Source: Camelus ferus
Taxonomy: Eukaryota
NCBI RefSeq assembly: GCF_009834535.1
Contig: NC_045698.1
Location: 1,552,001 to 1,616,000, forward strand
Length of the DNA: 64,000 bases
Direction of reading: 5' to 3'
Part shown: positions 25,766 to 37,905 of the stretch, piece by piece
Layout of the letters: each line of letters begins with the position of its first letter
How positions within the stretch are numbered: position 1 is the stretch's first letter
Notes under the pieces: generated by a model
The model's input: only the letters and a program-made list of their open reading frames with translations
The model's database searches: none
What the model was told of the DNA's origin: nothing
Translations under genes and position numbers: made by a program

Positions 25766-26696
25766 CCTCACGGGGTGTTCAGGGAGCCGGGATGTTAGCA
25801 TCCTGTTTCCTTTGCCTGAGTTTGGATGGACGGAAGAAGATGTAGAAACCAGTGGAGATCAGAAGACGAGGTTTGGGTGACACAGCTGGTGAAAACCCTG
25901 CGGCTGAGGTGGGCTGCCACCCCGGCTTCTCTGTGTGATCCCGGCTCCGTCCCGGAGCTGAAAGCGGACGGGGTCTGCACACGGGCCAAGCAGCAAGTCG
26001 ACCTTGGTGGGTCAAGACGGAACTAGCCCCTTGTCTATTTTCCATTCCAAATTTTATCTATTGTTCCTGACCAACCTGGACCACCAGGGACCAAAGGCCA
26101 TATAAAGATGCTCTAATAATCAAATGCCAACCGTGAACGGTAACGTCCCCGGGGGCATGGGCGTCTATACATTACACGTTAAATTTATTTCCTCCCACGT
26201 TTTCTTCTGCTCAGTCTCATGTGGAGAGGGGCTCAGGCCCAGGAGGAAAGGAGGGTCTCAGCCGCCGTCCGCCCAGGAAGAGCATAGTTCCCGCAGGGCC
26301 CCAAATCTCCCCACACCCAACCTCCTGTCGGCCAGGGAGACACTCAGTGGCGTCACGTCCCAGCCTCTACCTGCCCACGGGGAGCCATCCCGGGAAACTT
26401 CTGGAGCCAGAACTTGGTGCCGCCCAAGTGCAAGGCTCCGTGAGGCCATGGTCAACTGTGGGGCGTCTACAGCCTGTGCCCCACGCTCCACCATGACTGG
26501 GGTACCAGCCAGGGGCCAGCATCTCAAGTATAACAGGTCTGGTTATGTTTCAGGTCAGCTTGCCCAAGGTTCTAGTCTTTAATTAGCACCTTCGTCTCCA
26601 TGACAACTTTTGGCTTTGTTTTGTACTCCCAGTTTATTGAGGAAAAAGGTGGTTGTATTTCATAAATGTCAGTCATTCACGTCTCCCTGCAAGACT

Positions 26697-26755
26697 CTCA
26701 CACATGCACACACACGCATGCACACATGTACACACAGGTACACACACTCACACAC
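26697..26755. repeat. Imperfect (CA)n microsatellite
   Basis: Directly visible in the sequence. Confidence 0.85.
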
Positions 26756-28239
26756 GCTGACCCATGCCCCAGGGAAAGAACACGCCAGAATCCGAGGAAG
26801 ACAAAAGAAGCCCACTGGGTTTGTAAACACAGGTGTTTCACAGTTGGGTTCGCTGTATGTCTCTGCTTTGTTTTATTTTTAAACAGAAAGCAGAATCTCT
26901 GTCCTCTTAAAAGATAAGAACTTCTTGGTCTTTAAGAACCTAGCTTTTTCCCACAAAAGGATGTTTTTGGAGAGGAGTGGATATGCATGCTGTTCTTGAA
27001 ATGAGTTGGATACGCAGACCCTGGGTCTTGGACACAGAGCTGGTCCAGGAAGAGCAGAGGTGGAGGCACGTGCCTGGCCAGCCAAAGGGGCTAGAAGTCG
27101 TCCTCCCGGGCTCCGAGGAGAGTGGCACCGCAGGAAGCAGAGAAGAGCTCTTAGCCTGGGGCTCTGTGCCCCGCGTCCCTCCCCGACAGCCTGGGTGGGC
27201 GGAAGCCCCGCCAAAGCCCCTTCCGCACGGGGCCCTCGGGGCAGCGGGGACACTGGTCGCAGGAGAGGCTGTCTCAGTGGCCGGGGTCACGCAGCCACGG
27301 GGACCACAGGCAGTCTGTCTGCGGGGAAGGGGGCCCTGGAAGATTTCCAGCCCTCGAGGCCCGCCCATGAAGCCGAGGACGGTCCTGGCCGGGGAGGCCT
27401 CCTGCTGAGACCAGGGCGCCCTGGGCAGTGAGGCCGGGACCTGGCAGGGCCAGGGCTTGGGGGGTCGGTGACCCAGGGAAAGGCTCGTGACAGTGACCAC
27501 AGACTCTGGGTCACTCCCACAGGACAGGACGCCGCTGCAGCTTTGACAGATATAGAGGAGGCCAGTTCGACTGGAAATCACTGAATATGATGAATTTACC
27601 TGTAAAATAAAAAATGAGGCAATTTCTTCCTAGTAAGCAGAACTGGATGTCAGAAAACAGACTCAGTGAATGACAAACGTGGACCGCTCCGTCGCCGGGG
27701 TGGCCTGTGCTCGAGGCTGGGGCCCCTGCCCAGGCCCTTCCCCCGTCGCCCGGCCCACACCCCAGGCTCCGAGAAGGGCCAGGCTCCCGGCAGCTTGGAA
27801 ACCTTGCCATCATTCCCAGCGCTTCCAGAAGCAAATACAACAAAACTAGCATTTAAAGACATCCAACTTGCCAAGAGGGTATTGGAGCAATAAAGTGTTT
27901 ACACCCAAACAAAGTCATAAAGCAGTTAACAGCCGCACCTGTGGACCGAGATTGCGTGAGGCTGGTTTTCCCGACAAACCAGCACAAAAGCAGCCTGGCC
28001 TCTGCCGGCGTTTTAGTGATGGAATCGAAATAAAACCGAGAGAACAGAAGGCACCAGACTTTACTGGAGGCGGCGAGGTCAAGCATGTGTGATGCTGGCT
28101 TGTGCAATGTGTGCGTACAATGGCTGATTGTGCGCTGGCCCCTAAAAGCCACCGAAGTGATAAAATGCCGGCTTTGAAATAAAGTATACCTGTGCTTCCT
28201 TTGATCGCAGACTCCCTCCCACTGAAGTTTGGGGTTGGC

Positions 28240-28700
28240 TGTGACCCAGTGGTCTCTCGCTGTGTGACAGGCTACTTGAAAGCCCAGTGGTGGACAACAA
28301 CCACTTCATCACGCGTCACGATTCCGTGGTTCGGGGAAGTGCGGGCTGAGCTGGAGGCTCTCTGCTCCCTGAGACAGTGACACCCTGGGTATTCAGCCAG
28401 CACACGGCCGGGCAGGGCTCTCGGGGTCATGCCCTCTACGTCTGATCTGTCTGCAAGCCCGGCTTATCCCGGACTCTCGCTCGACTTGAGCCCCCAGGGT
28501 GGCCCTCAGGCACAGTGGGCTCAAGGAGCCGGATTCTGGCGAGGCAGCACGGGGCTGCCAGGGGCCCCGGCAGGCAGGCTGGGTGGCCTGACCCAGCCTC
28601 AGACGTCTCACAGCATCGCTTCTGCTTCTCTCTGCTGGTCCGAGCAGTTGAAAGCCCGCCCAGATTCAAGGGGGTGGGCCTGCAGGGCCGACCTTTCCAG
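28240..28700 (-). mobile_element. MaLR solo LTR (MLT1H-like), GC-shifted
   Basis: aacaaccacttcatcacgcgtcacgattccgtgg...gacccagcctcagacgtctcacagcatcgcttctgc...gcccgcccagattcaagggggtggg. Confidence 0.7.
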
Positions 28701-29732
28701 GTGGGAGCTTCCTGGAATTTGCAGCCCTGCTTCCGAACGGCCACACCTGGCCAGACGCTGTGGGGCTCCTCGGGGGCACCGAAAGTCCTGGTGAGATGGA
28801 AGTCTCCTGCTCAGGTAGTACTCTAGTGCCTGGGTGAGCTGCTCCCAGGAGGTGACCGTCGGAGTCTCCTGGACAGAGCAGACAGCCTTTCAGTACTGAA
28901 TTTTTAGTTGTAAAAAATGTTTCATGAAATTTCAGAGTCCACTGCCTGGAATTATTGTCAGTGACTAGAAAAAGCCTCTTTCTGACCTGCTATGCTCATC
29001 ACCTGATGCTGATGAGTTTATAAAAAGTGAGTGTCAGGAGTCCTGCACCTCGGGGGCCCTGCAGAACTCTGCGGGGAGGCGCAGTGCCAGACGGCTCCCT
29101 GGCACCGTGTCGCGGTTTCGGGAGGTGCCCTGCATCACAGAGGCCAGGTCCGGGCTCCGGGGGTCCGGGAGCCCCTGGAGTGCTGTGCACAGGGCTGTGA
29201 GCCCCGGGTGGGTGGCTCACCTTTTCAAAGCCGTGAACATTTCCTCAGAAGGTCAGGAGCCACCAGCTCTGTGCAGTGTGTGCAGACTTCCTAGATCTCA
29301 ACCGTAAAATAATTAGAAAAACTGGGATACGGGCAGCTGTTTGCAAACAACCTCTCCAACATCCACGTGAGTTAGAAACTGCAAAGCATGGAGAGGACTG
29401 TGGAGACCCCTGTGAGCAGGTCCCTCTGCTGGGCTTTACATTTTTAAGACAACAGAGGGCAGGAGTTTCAAGCTGATTTCCCGACGCTCCCTGCACAGCT
29501 TTCCCTGCATCGAGGAACATTTTCCGATCGATCGTATGTTTGCAGTGACTTTCAGAGTCACCATCTGCAAAGGCACCACTTGTCATTTACAGCACGTGAT
29601 GCCAGATCCTGCAGGGTTTTGTAAACCTTAACAACCGACTTATCTAAAAACATCCTTCTTAGTCGCAATTCTCACCACATTTCGGTTTTTGGCTCAGATT
29701 TAGGAGAGTTGTCTAAGCTTTTAACCCATCTT

Positions 29733-29922
29733 GACAGATAGATAGATAATAGATAATAGACAGATGAAAGGGAGGTGAGAAGTGGTTGATGGAAAGAGAG
29801 AGAGAGGATGGTAGGTAGATAATAGACAGACAGTAGGTTAGTAATAGACAACAGGTGATTGACAGATGGACAAGTAGATGGTGGAGAGACACAGACGAAG
29901 ACAGCTGGGTAACAGATAGATT
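29733..29922. repeat. Degenerate (GATA/GACA)n purine-rich tract
   Basis: agatagatagataatagataatagacagatg... Confidence 0.85.
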
Positions 29923-32900
29923 AAAAGCAGGCAGAGCTGAGACCCTGCACCGCAGAACTGTTACCGTGAAGCATGGGGTCTGTGCTGCGCTCACAAGGGA
30001 CCGAACACAGAGTCACGGCGTGTGAGTGCGGCCTGGGTGCCCCCCTCCGCCTGAGCTGCCTCTGCACCACACTCCGGTGGCACAGTTGTCCTCCCCACTT
30101 CACAGGACAGGGGGCTGCCTCCCTGGTCGGTATGGGGGGTGGCTGGAATCGGATGCATCCTGAAGCCTCCTGCCCGCCGGCCCTGACCGGGGAGACCCAG
30201 AGCCCCTGGGCTGGGACCCCCTGCGCCTCCCTGCACGGCGGGCCTGGCTCTGTTTCCCTCTGCTCCTCCCTCCTGTCAGTCAAGGCGCCGAGAGGGGCTG
30301 AGGGGAGGATGGGTGACACGTGCACCCAGGGCCTCCTGTGCATCCAGGGCTGTGAGTGGCTTCCCGGGGCTCTGCTCCCCAGCAGCCTTGTCACAGCTGT
30401 GACAGCCCAGACGCCCCCAGACCTCACGCGATCTCCCCGGGGCCCAGATCACCCCACTCCCTTGAGCACACTGCTCTAAACCAAATTGCCTTTTATTAGG
30501 TCTGTAATTAAAAGGAGGGACTTTTTCAGTCCACACTTGTTGTGAATGTGGGGGCTCAGGGTGGTCCTCTTCTCAGCTTCCCGGGAGGAGAAAGCGGCCA
30601 CCCACAGCTCGCCCCTGCTCTGAGCGGAACTGACCGTGGGTCAGGTCAGGATCGGGTCACCTTGTGCCCGCATCCCCGCCGAGTTTCCGACGCAGGTGTC
30701 CTGGCAGGTCTCAGTGTCTCTCGGCCTGGTGCTCAGTGCTGCCCGGCTCAGCCCTCCGGGCTTGTGGACAGAGGAGGACGCTGCCACAGCCCCGAGTCAC
30801 CGGCTGTCACAGTACAAACGATCTGGAAATTTAGACACCAGAGTACCTAATAGGGCACCATCAATCTTTCATAGAGAGAGAATTAATACATAAATTATAA
30901 ACAAATTCGCCCTTTGGTCTCGTAAAACAGCACGGTGATCAAAGAGACACAACAGAAACGTATTTGCCTCGGCAGCCGCGTGCCCCCAGCTCCGGGCTGC
31001 GCGGACGGACAGCCGGGGACCCTCTGCCTTTGTTCCATCTGTCACAGTACACTTCCCTCCTGTTGTTGTAAGTAATCAATACGGGGCTGAAATCACCTAC
31101 CGCCGCCTCCACCACCTCCTACTTTGTCCGCTCATGAATTATGGATCCCGCACAACATCAAGTCTACAATTTCGATTGCATTTGCTAATCATTGATCAAT
31201 AATTCAGGAGCCGCGCTCCTTCAAGGGCCCCTGGCTTCCTGCAGCATATGGCAGCGAGCAGAAGTCCCTCGTTACAGAGCGCCGCCGCTGAACGGCTCGC
31301 AGACGGTTGTCTCTCGTCCTTCCCCTGCGCGGGGACGAGGGGGACGGCGTCCGGTTCGGAGCATCCCCGCAGCCGCCACGCTCAGTGACGGCAAGGCCGG
31401 CTGCCCGGGCACCGGCAGCAGAACGGTGTCTCAGCTCTGTGCCCCGCCCCTTGTTCTTGTCCTGTCCCTGAGTCGCCCCTCCCCGCGCCTGCGGGTGCGC
31501 AGCGGGGACCCAGGCCCGGCGTGGAGCACCCCCTACCCAACACGGGCTCCCTGCGAAACCGCAGCTTGAGCCCGCAGCCGAGTCCCTGGCAGGATGAACT
31601 GCAGCCTTGAGCTCCCCTGAGATGTGCTCTTACTGCTGTGGTTTCAAGGCCCACGTCAGTCCCGTTCTGTGCGTTTGTGCTTGTGCCCTTCTGATGAGAT
31701 GATGAGATAAAAGTAACCTTCCTCGCACAACTAATGCTGCAGTGTTGATCGCATGTTATTTTTATTGGCAAGAATCCTTTATTCTAACCTTCTGGAGGCA
31801 GGGGTGTCAAACCCTCTTCTGCTGGAAAAACAGCTCAAGGTGCCGCTTCCTGATGGAGAAGCCAGAAGGGTGGGGCGGGCAGGCCCCCCAGGACTGGGCC
31901 GGTGTGGGACGTGGGGTCCGGCCTCTGGGAGTCAGGCCAGGGACGGATTTTGGGGAAACCTTCCCCACAAAAGGCGGCCACAGAGGGTTCTGGAGGTGGC
32001 CTGAGCCCAGGCCCAGCCCTGCCCCCTCCAGTAAGGGAAGAGCATGACAAGGGACCTTTGTCACCTCCCAGAGCACCAGGCCCTGCCCCTCCCCCTCAGG
32101 CCCACGTGGAGCAGAGGCTCTGAGCAGCCGCTAGGCCTGCCATTGTCACCCATTGTCACCAGCCCAGCGGGAGGGCCACCACCAGGGGTTCACTGTGACT
32201 TTTAAAAATCGTGAAAAAAGACACAGCAGGAAGGAGCAGGGAGCCAGAGAGGGAAGAAGCTTAACGCAGTCTGTGCAGGAAGCCAGCGGGACAAAGCGGG
32301 GGTGGGGGACAGAAGGGTGTTTTAACTGGAGACTGAAAATGATGGAGTGGGAAATAGCTTTAAAAGTTTAAGCAAAAATGAAGAAAATTCAAATGAGATG
32401 GGAAGCAAAAGAGAGGAGAAAAGGAAAATATTAACCAAAGAAACCAGGAAAGAAAAAAGGAGGCGCTCACCTCCGCACGCGCCCGCCCGCCTCCTTCCTC
32501 CTGGCGCTCTCATCCCCTGCACGGCACCTGGTCTGGTCCCTGGGGGCCTGGGGCTGCGGTCTGACTAAACAGTGGCTCACCGGTTTGAAGTTGAAAATAG
32601 AGGGTAAAACGTGACGTTGTTTCCCGCACCCATTCCCTTGGCAGACGCCCTGGCACCCGGGGCCCCGTCCCCACACCCCCATCCACTCAGTCTGCGACCG
32701 GAGCAGGCCCAGGTGCAGACCTTCCCCTGGAGACCGGGGTGGGGGGGCCTCTCCGGCGGGTGTGCGCTCAGGTCTCTGAGGCCAGAGCAAATCGCCCCGG
32801 CAGCCAGAAGCTGGAGAAACACCTCTGACTGCAGCAGATCTGGGCCAGTCCTCCGCATCACTTGTAGCGACAGGAGACCCACCCTGTGACCAGGTGTCTG

Positions 32901-33609
32901 ACAGGCTCCCCGTCGGCTCAGCACAGCCGTCTCCACGCAGAAAGCTGAAGACCTGCTCAAGACCGTCCCTCGACCTCTGGAAGGAAGACTGGAGGATGAC
33001 CGGAGGTGCTGAAGGCCAGGCGGACAGAGTGGACCCGGGAACAGGGGGCCGAGGTGCCCCCTGAGATGTGGAACCGGGCCCCCACGCCTCCCAGGAAGGC
33101 ACCTGGCTCCTTGAGGTCCCTTGCCTGCCTGGAGGACGAGGGCCGATGAGAAGCCTTCACGTTTGAGAAAGTAACTCGCCAGCGTGTTTCTTCTCACACC
33201 GACTTCCCCTCTGCAGCCTCAGGCCTTTCTCCAGCTGGTCCTGGAGGCCGGGCGACTGTGAGCCGGGCTGAGCACCTTGGCAGGAGTCCTCAGAAGTGCA
33301 CACGCACCCATCTGCTAGGGGAGCCCGCCCTGGGGCGGCGGGTCAGCGTCCCCACCCCAGACTCACCGCCGGACCAGGGGACTAATCTGACAAGGGGAGG
33401 GGAGCAGGAGAGGAACTCAAAGCCCCTTCTGAGTTTCTGATTTTCTTTTTCAAAGCTTAGGCCGTGAGCATCTCTAAGCCTCACAAGGTGAGCCCTACAG
33501 CGGGCCCCACGTTCATCACATCAGCCCTTGAAAACGCTGGGAGTTAGGTCTCGAATAAGTCCTACGAGTTGCGTGTGTTGTCAACACGTTTGTCTTCCCC
33601 AGACGTCAC

Positions 33610-33775
33610 CACCATCCTTTCTACCTACACGTCTATCTGCCGTCCACCCATCCCTGCTTATCCTCTGTCTACTAACCCACCTACCTGCTAACTACCCATC
33701 TATCTACCCATCCACCTACCTACCCACGCACCTACCTACCTAACCACCCACCTGCCCATCTACCCACCCATCTAC
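33610..33775. repeat. Degenerate (CTAC/CCAT)n tract
   Basis: ctacccatctatctacccatccacctacctacccac... Confidence 0.85.
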
Positions 33776-35941
33776 TGCGATTATTCCCATTGTTAATTGC
33801 CATTTTTCCTTCAACATATAAATAATTCACCATTTTCCAATAAACTAACGATGGGGACCCTGCCGTTCCCCCTGCACCTTTCAGCCTTTCACTCCCCTTT
33901 CTGTGCCAGAACTCATCTTGTCCACGGCGGTCTGTCCTCTTTCAGGAGCAAAAGCTTCATGGGATTTGCTAGAGTCAGAAAAGCATGTAAGCGGAGTGCA
34001 CTCCCCTGCAGGCAGGACCAGGACAGGAGACCGGCTACTGTCCGACCACCACCCACTTAGGGGCCCCGTGTGACCCTGGACCAGTCTCCCAAAGACCGGC
34101 CGGTGGGGAGGCAACAGTAACCAAGGGTCCCCATTGCAGAGGGAGTGGTGACCTCCTCTCCGGCTGCAGGTCTCTGAGGAGTCAGCAAACACCAGGAGGA
34201 AATCCACTCTGGTGCCCAGACGTATCTGCCCATTCTGGCCTCAGAGCCTTTCCTGTCGCCAAGCCCGGTGTCCTGTCTCCACTGTCACCTTCCCAGTCCA
34301 GCCCAAGGCCACCACATCCCACAGCCTCTGAGACCCCAGTCCTGTTACCCGCCGTCCCCACAAGGCCTGCCTGGGCCCCGGGTCGGGGTGCACAGGGTGG
34401 GGCAGGGACCCCTGAGTTCAGAGCCACACCTACGTGGTCCCGCCGGCCCCACCTGGTCTGCCCGGGCCACGCCTGCCTCGTCAGGAACACGGAAACCCCG
34501 AGTGCGTGTGGCTGGGGAGGTCCCCCACTTCGTCCCCGCCTGTCTCATCCCCCCACGCGAGCGTCGCCTCCTACCAACTGCGACGAGCCGTAGACGTGTC
34601 AAGCTTTGGCCTGAACATTTTTCACGTTTTCAAAACTTACACATCTTTGTCTCTACTTTGTTAAAAAGCCCGAGTCCTTCCGCTTCACTTCAGGCGTGTG
34701 TGTCTGTGTGGGACGCAGACCCGGAGCCGCACCGGGAGGACCGGCCCCGGCCCAGGATGCTCTGGCCCCGGGCGGCTCCTGTTTCCAGCCAGAGGTTTTC
34801 AGGGGCTTTTCCTGGAGGCTGGGGCGTGTGGGGCCCCGGCCAGGGGAGCGCGGGGCGGGGGGCTGGGAGCGTTGAACCGAGTGTTTTGTAAATTCAGGTG
34901 GAGGGGAACCAATGGCTTTTCTCAGCCCAACTTAAAACGACTCATCTGGCTCCCCCTTGCCCAAGCCCCTTCCATTCCACGGCGGACTTCACGACAACAA
35001 AAAAGTGGCGGTGGGCCCCTTGGAGTCAGCCGTTGGACATCCATCGGAGAAGGAAGACGTGCTGATTAGGCGCCTCCTGCATCAGGTTCTCTTCCCGCTT
35101 TAGGTCAGTGCGTCTGAAGACAGTGGGAGGGGCTGGCTTCCGTCCATCCCCCTCACTCACCTTCACTCACCCTGGTGCCACCAGCACATCATGCCATGCG
35201 CTCCGCCAGCCTAGGCGCAGGCGGCTCCCCTGGCCCGAGCTCCGTATGGCGGCTGTGGTACCGTTAGGGACCGTCCCCATCCTGAGGAGCAAGCCCGCCG
35301 GAGCTGCTGGGCAGTGAGGAGACCCCACCTGGGGTACGGGGCGTGGGGCCCCTGCAGCAGAGCCCGGGGATGAGTCCAGGGGGACGCCCCGGTGGGCGGT
35401 CATCGGTGGTCTCACAGGCCAACTATATGTCCTGGATTTTCCAAAAGCAGCTGCAATGCGTTGGTGAATTAACTTGCCCTAAATAATAATACACTATCAG
35501 GGTTTAACTGACAGAAACTGACCACTAAAGTCAGTGCCATCAGAGAACTCAGCAGGAGACCTAGAGCTTCTTCAAAGCCTGCACACCCTTCCCTATGGCA
35601 TGTCCTCTGGAAGTTAAGTTTCTGAATAGAAGACATTAAATATAAGATTCCTTATGCATTATTCTATCATAAAATAATAATTGGAAGCAAGGTTTTCTGT
35701 GCACCCACATGTTCCTGGACGACCATCTGTTTTTTCTCACACTTTTAAAATAGCTGTAGTCAGCAGTCTGTGTGTGTTCCTGAAGACTCCTTCCAGCTCC
35801 GTCTCAAGGGCAAACGACCTCAAGCCTGTCCCGAGTTTGTCAAAATTCACCCCAGTGTGCAGGTGTGTGAACCAAAGCTTAATCACAAGATCGGCATTTT
35901 TAGCAGAACTAGTGATCCCATGTTACTAAAAAATTACTTCT

Positions 35942-36150
35942 GTAATTTTTTAGTAACAGTAACTGAAATACAGTTCATACACCGTGAAATCCACCCTTTC
36001 AAAGTGTGGAATTCAGTAGTTTTCCGTAGACTTACGGAGTTGTGCTAAACCATCGCCACTCGTTTTAGAAACCCTTATCACCCTAGAGAAACTCTGCCCC
36101 CCATTTTTTTCTTCTGCTCCTGACAACCACTAATCTAACTTCTATCTCTA
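35942..36150 (-). mobile_element. L1MB-like 3' end fragment
   Basis: actgaaatacagttcatacaccgtgaaatccaccctttcaaagtgtggaattcagtagtttt...gacaaccactaatctaacttctatctct. Confidence 0.8.
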
Positions 36151-36274
36151 ATGCTGCATAGTTTTCACAGACAGCAGAAAGAATAGATCAGTATGTGGGG
36201 TTAGTCTCTGGGGACACGGTGCAGAGGCAGCAGGCGAATGTGGTTCAAATACCAGATGCAACTCAGAGAGTGTG

Positions 36275-36640
36275 TGAGCCCGTGCATCACACAGCACCGT
36301 AGACCGGGATGGGGGGGCTTAAACAACAGACCCGTGTCTGCTGCCAGTTCCAGAGTCTGGACGTCCGCGCACAGGGTGCCAGCAGGGTCACTCTCTGGTG
36401 AGGGCTCCCTTCCTGGCTTGCAGACGGCCACATTCTCACTGTGTCCGCACCTGGAGGACAGAGTGGAAGAGCACTCCGCTTTCTCTATTTCCAAGAGCAG
36501 TAATCCCATGATGTGCTGCCCACCCTCTCACCCTCATCAACCCCTAATTACGTCCCAAATACCCCTTTTCCAAATACCAGACGCACTGAGGCTCAGGGCT
36601 TCAGCATATGAGTCTTGAAGGGGCACGTTCAGTCTGTGGC
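36275..36640 (-). mobile_element. MaLR solo LTR (MLT1A-like)
   Basis: ggcttaaacaacaga...ctggtgagggctcccttcctggcttgcagacggccacattctcactgtgtcc...agggcttcagcatatgagtcttgaaggggcacgttcagtctgtggca. Confidence 0.9.
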
Positions 36641-36699
36641 AGGCGGGTGCGAGTGCTACAGGGAAATGGAGTCGGAAACCAGGCAGTGGCTGTGCCCAA

Positions 36700-37620
36700 G
36701 CGCAGGCTGCTCCGTGGACCATGCAATTCCCAGGGCCGCGCTGGCGCAGGCGGGCAGCGCCGTCCAGCCGTGCGGTCTGCTTGAACCAACAAGAGGAAGG
36801 AAAGCCGATAGGCCGCGTGGCCACCGCGACACCGGAGAGAGAGAACACACGTAGGTGATGACGAAGCCAGGGGGGCCACACCTGGCACGTGGCGCCCGCC
36901 TTCCTCACCAGGCACGTGGGCGGGCGGGGGCGCAGCTCGGGGGTGCGGCGTGCTGGGCGTGCACGAGGCCCTGGGCTCAGCGCCCACGACTCCACTACAG
37001 CAGAAGCGCACGTGGAGAGCGTGGCTCTCAACCCCGCAGTCCGACACGCTTTAGAGTCCGGGGGCGGCGCCCGTGCTTCTGACCGAGCCCTCCTGCTGCC
37101 CTGCGGCCGCACCGTCCGCGCCATCGCCGGCGGCACCGGTCACGCAGCCAGTGATGCGCTCGTCCCACGGTCACCGCGCGCCAGGCATCAAACTGCACAA
37201 AAAACAAGCCCAGTTGGTGGTGTTCCCACGGAACTCAGACTAGAGCCGCATGAAGACCCAGGAGCGTCACTCAGACTCCTCAGCAGCATCGCCAGGAGGG
37301 CGGGGCGTGGGGGCGCGGGGTTGGGGGGCGCCAAGGCGCGCAGGCTGCGGGCGGAGCGTTCAGCGCCGGGCCCTGGCCGCGTGTCATAAGCTCGGTACCA
37401 CGGCCCCCGAGCCACACCGCTCAGGGTCCGCCCGGGAGGAATGCAAGCCCACCTCCATGCACGCTTGCTCGTGGGGGCTCACGGCCGCGTTGTCCGAAAG
37501 AGCCCCTAACAGGGAAGGATGCAGACGCCGCCCGCGCGAGCGGGCAAAGCCGCCGTGGTCCCCGCCCCCCGGGCGGCCCGCCTGCGCAGTGGGGGCGAGC
37601 GAGCGCCCTACAGGGTCTCA
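36700..37620. promoter_or_regulatory. CpG island-like region with E-boxes, GC boxes and a G-quadruplex motif
   Basis: One of the densest CpG stretches of the window. CACGTG at 36886, 36913 and 37009; several GGGCGG; five G-runs at 37298-37328. Confidence 0.6.
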
Positions 37621-37633
37621 AAGGCACTTTGCT

Positions 37634-37905
37634 AAATGAAGAGACACAGAAGACTCACACAATAATGACATTTATATAAAAGTCTAGACATGCAAAATAT
37701 AGTGACAGAAAGCAGGTCAGTGTCCACTGGGGCAGGTTTGGGGGGCCGATTGCAATGAGCAGGAGGAAAATTTGGGGTGACGGAAATGTTCTGTGTGACA
37801 GTGGTGGCTGCAGGCTGTGAGAGCCGCCACTCTTGCAACTGGATTTAATAATGACAACACAGCGTCACTTAGCATGGCTAAAATAAGTTAAAAAAAAAAC
37901 TAAAT
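37634..37905 (+). mobile_element. Old L1 (L1M) 3' UTR fragment
   Basis: catttatataaaagtctagacatgcaaaatatagtgacagaaagcaggtcagtg...aatttggggtgacggaaatgttctg, ending in an A-rich stretch. Confidence 0.7.
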
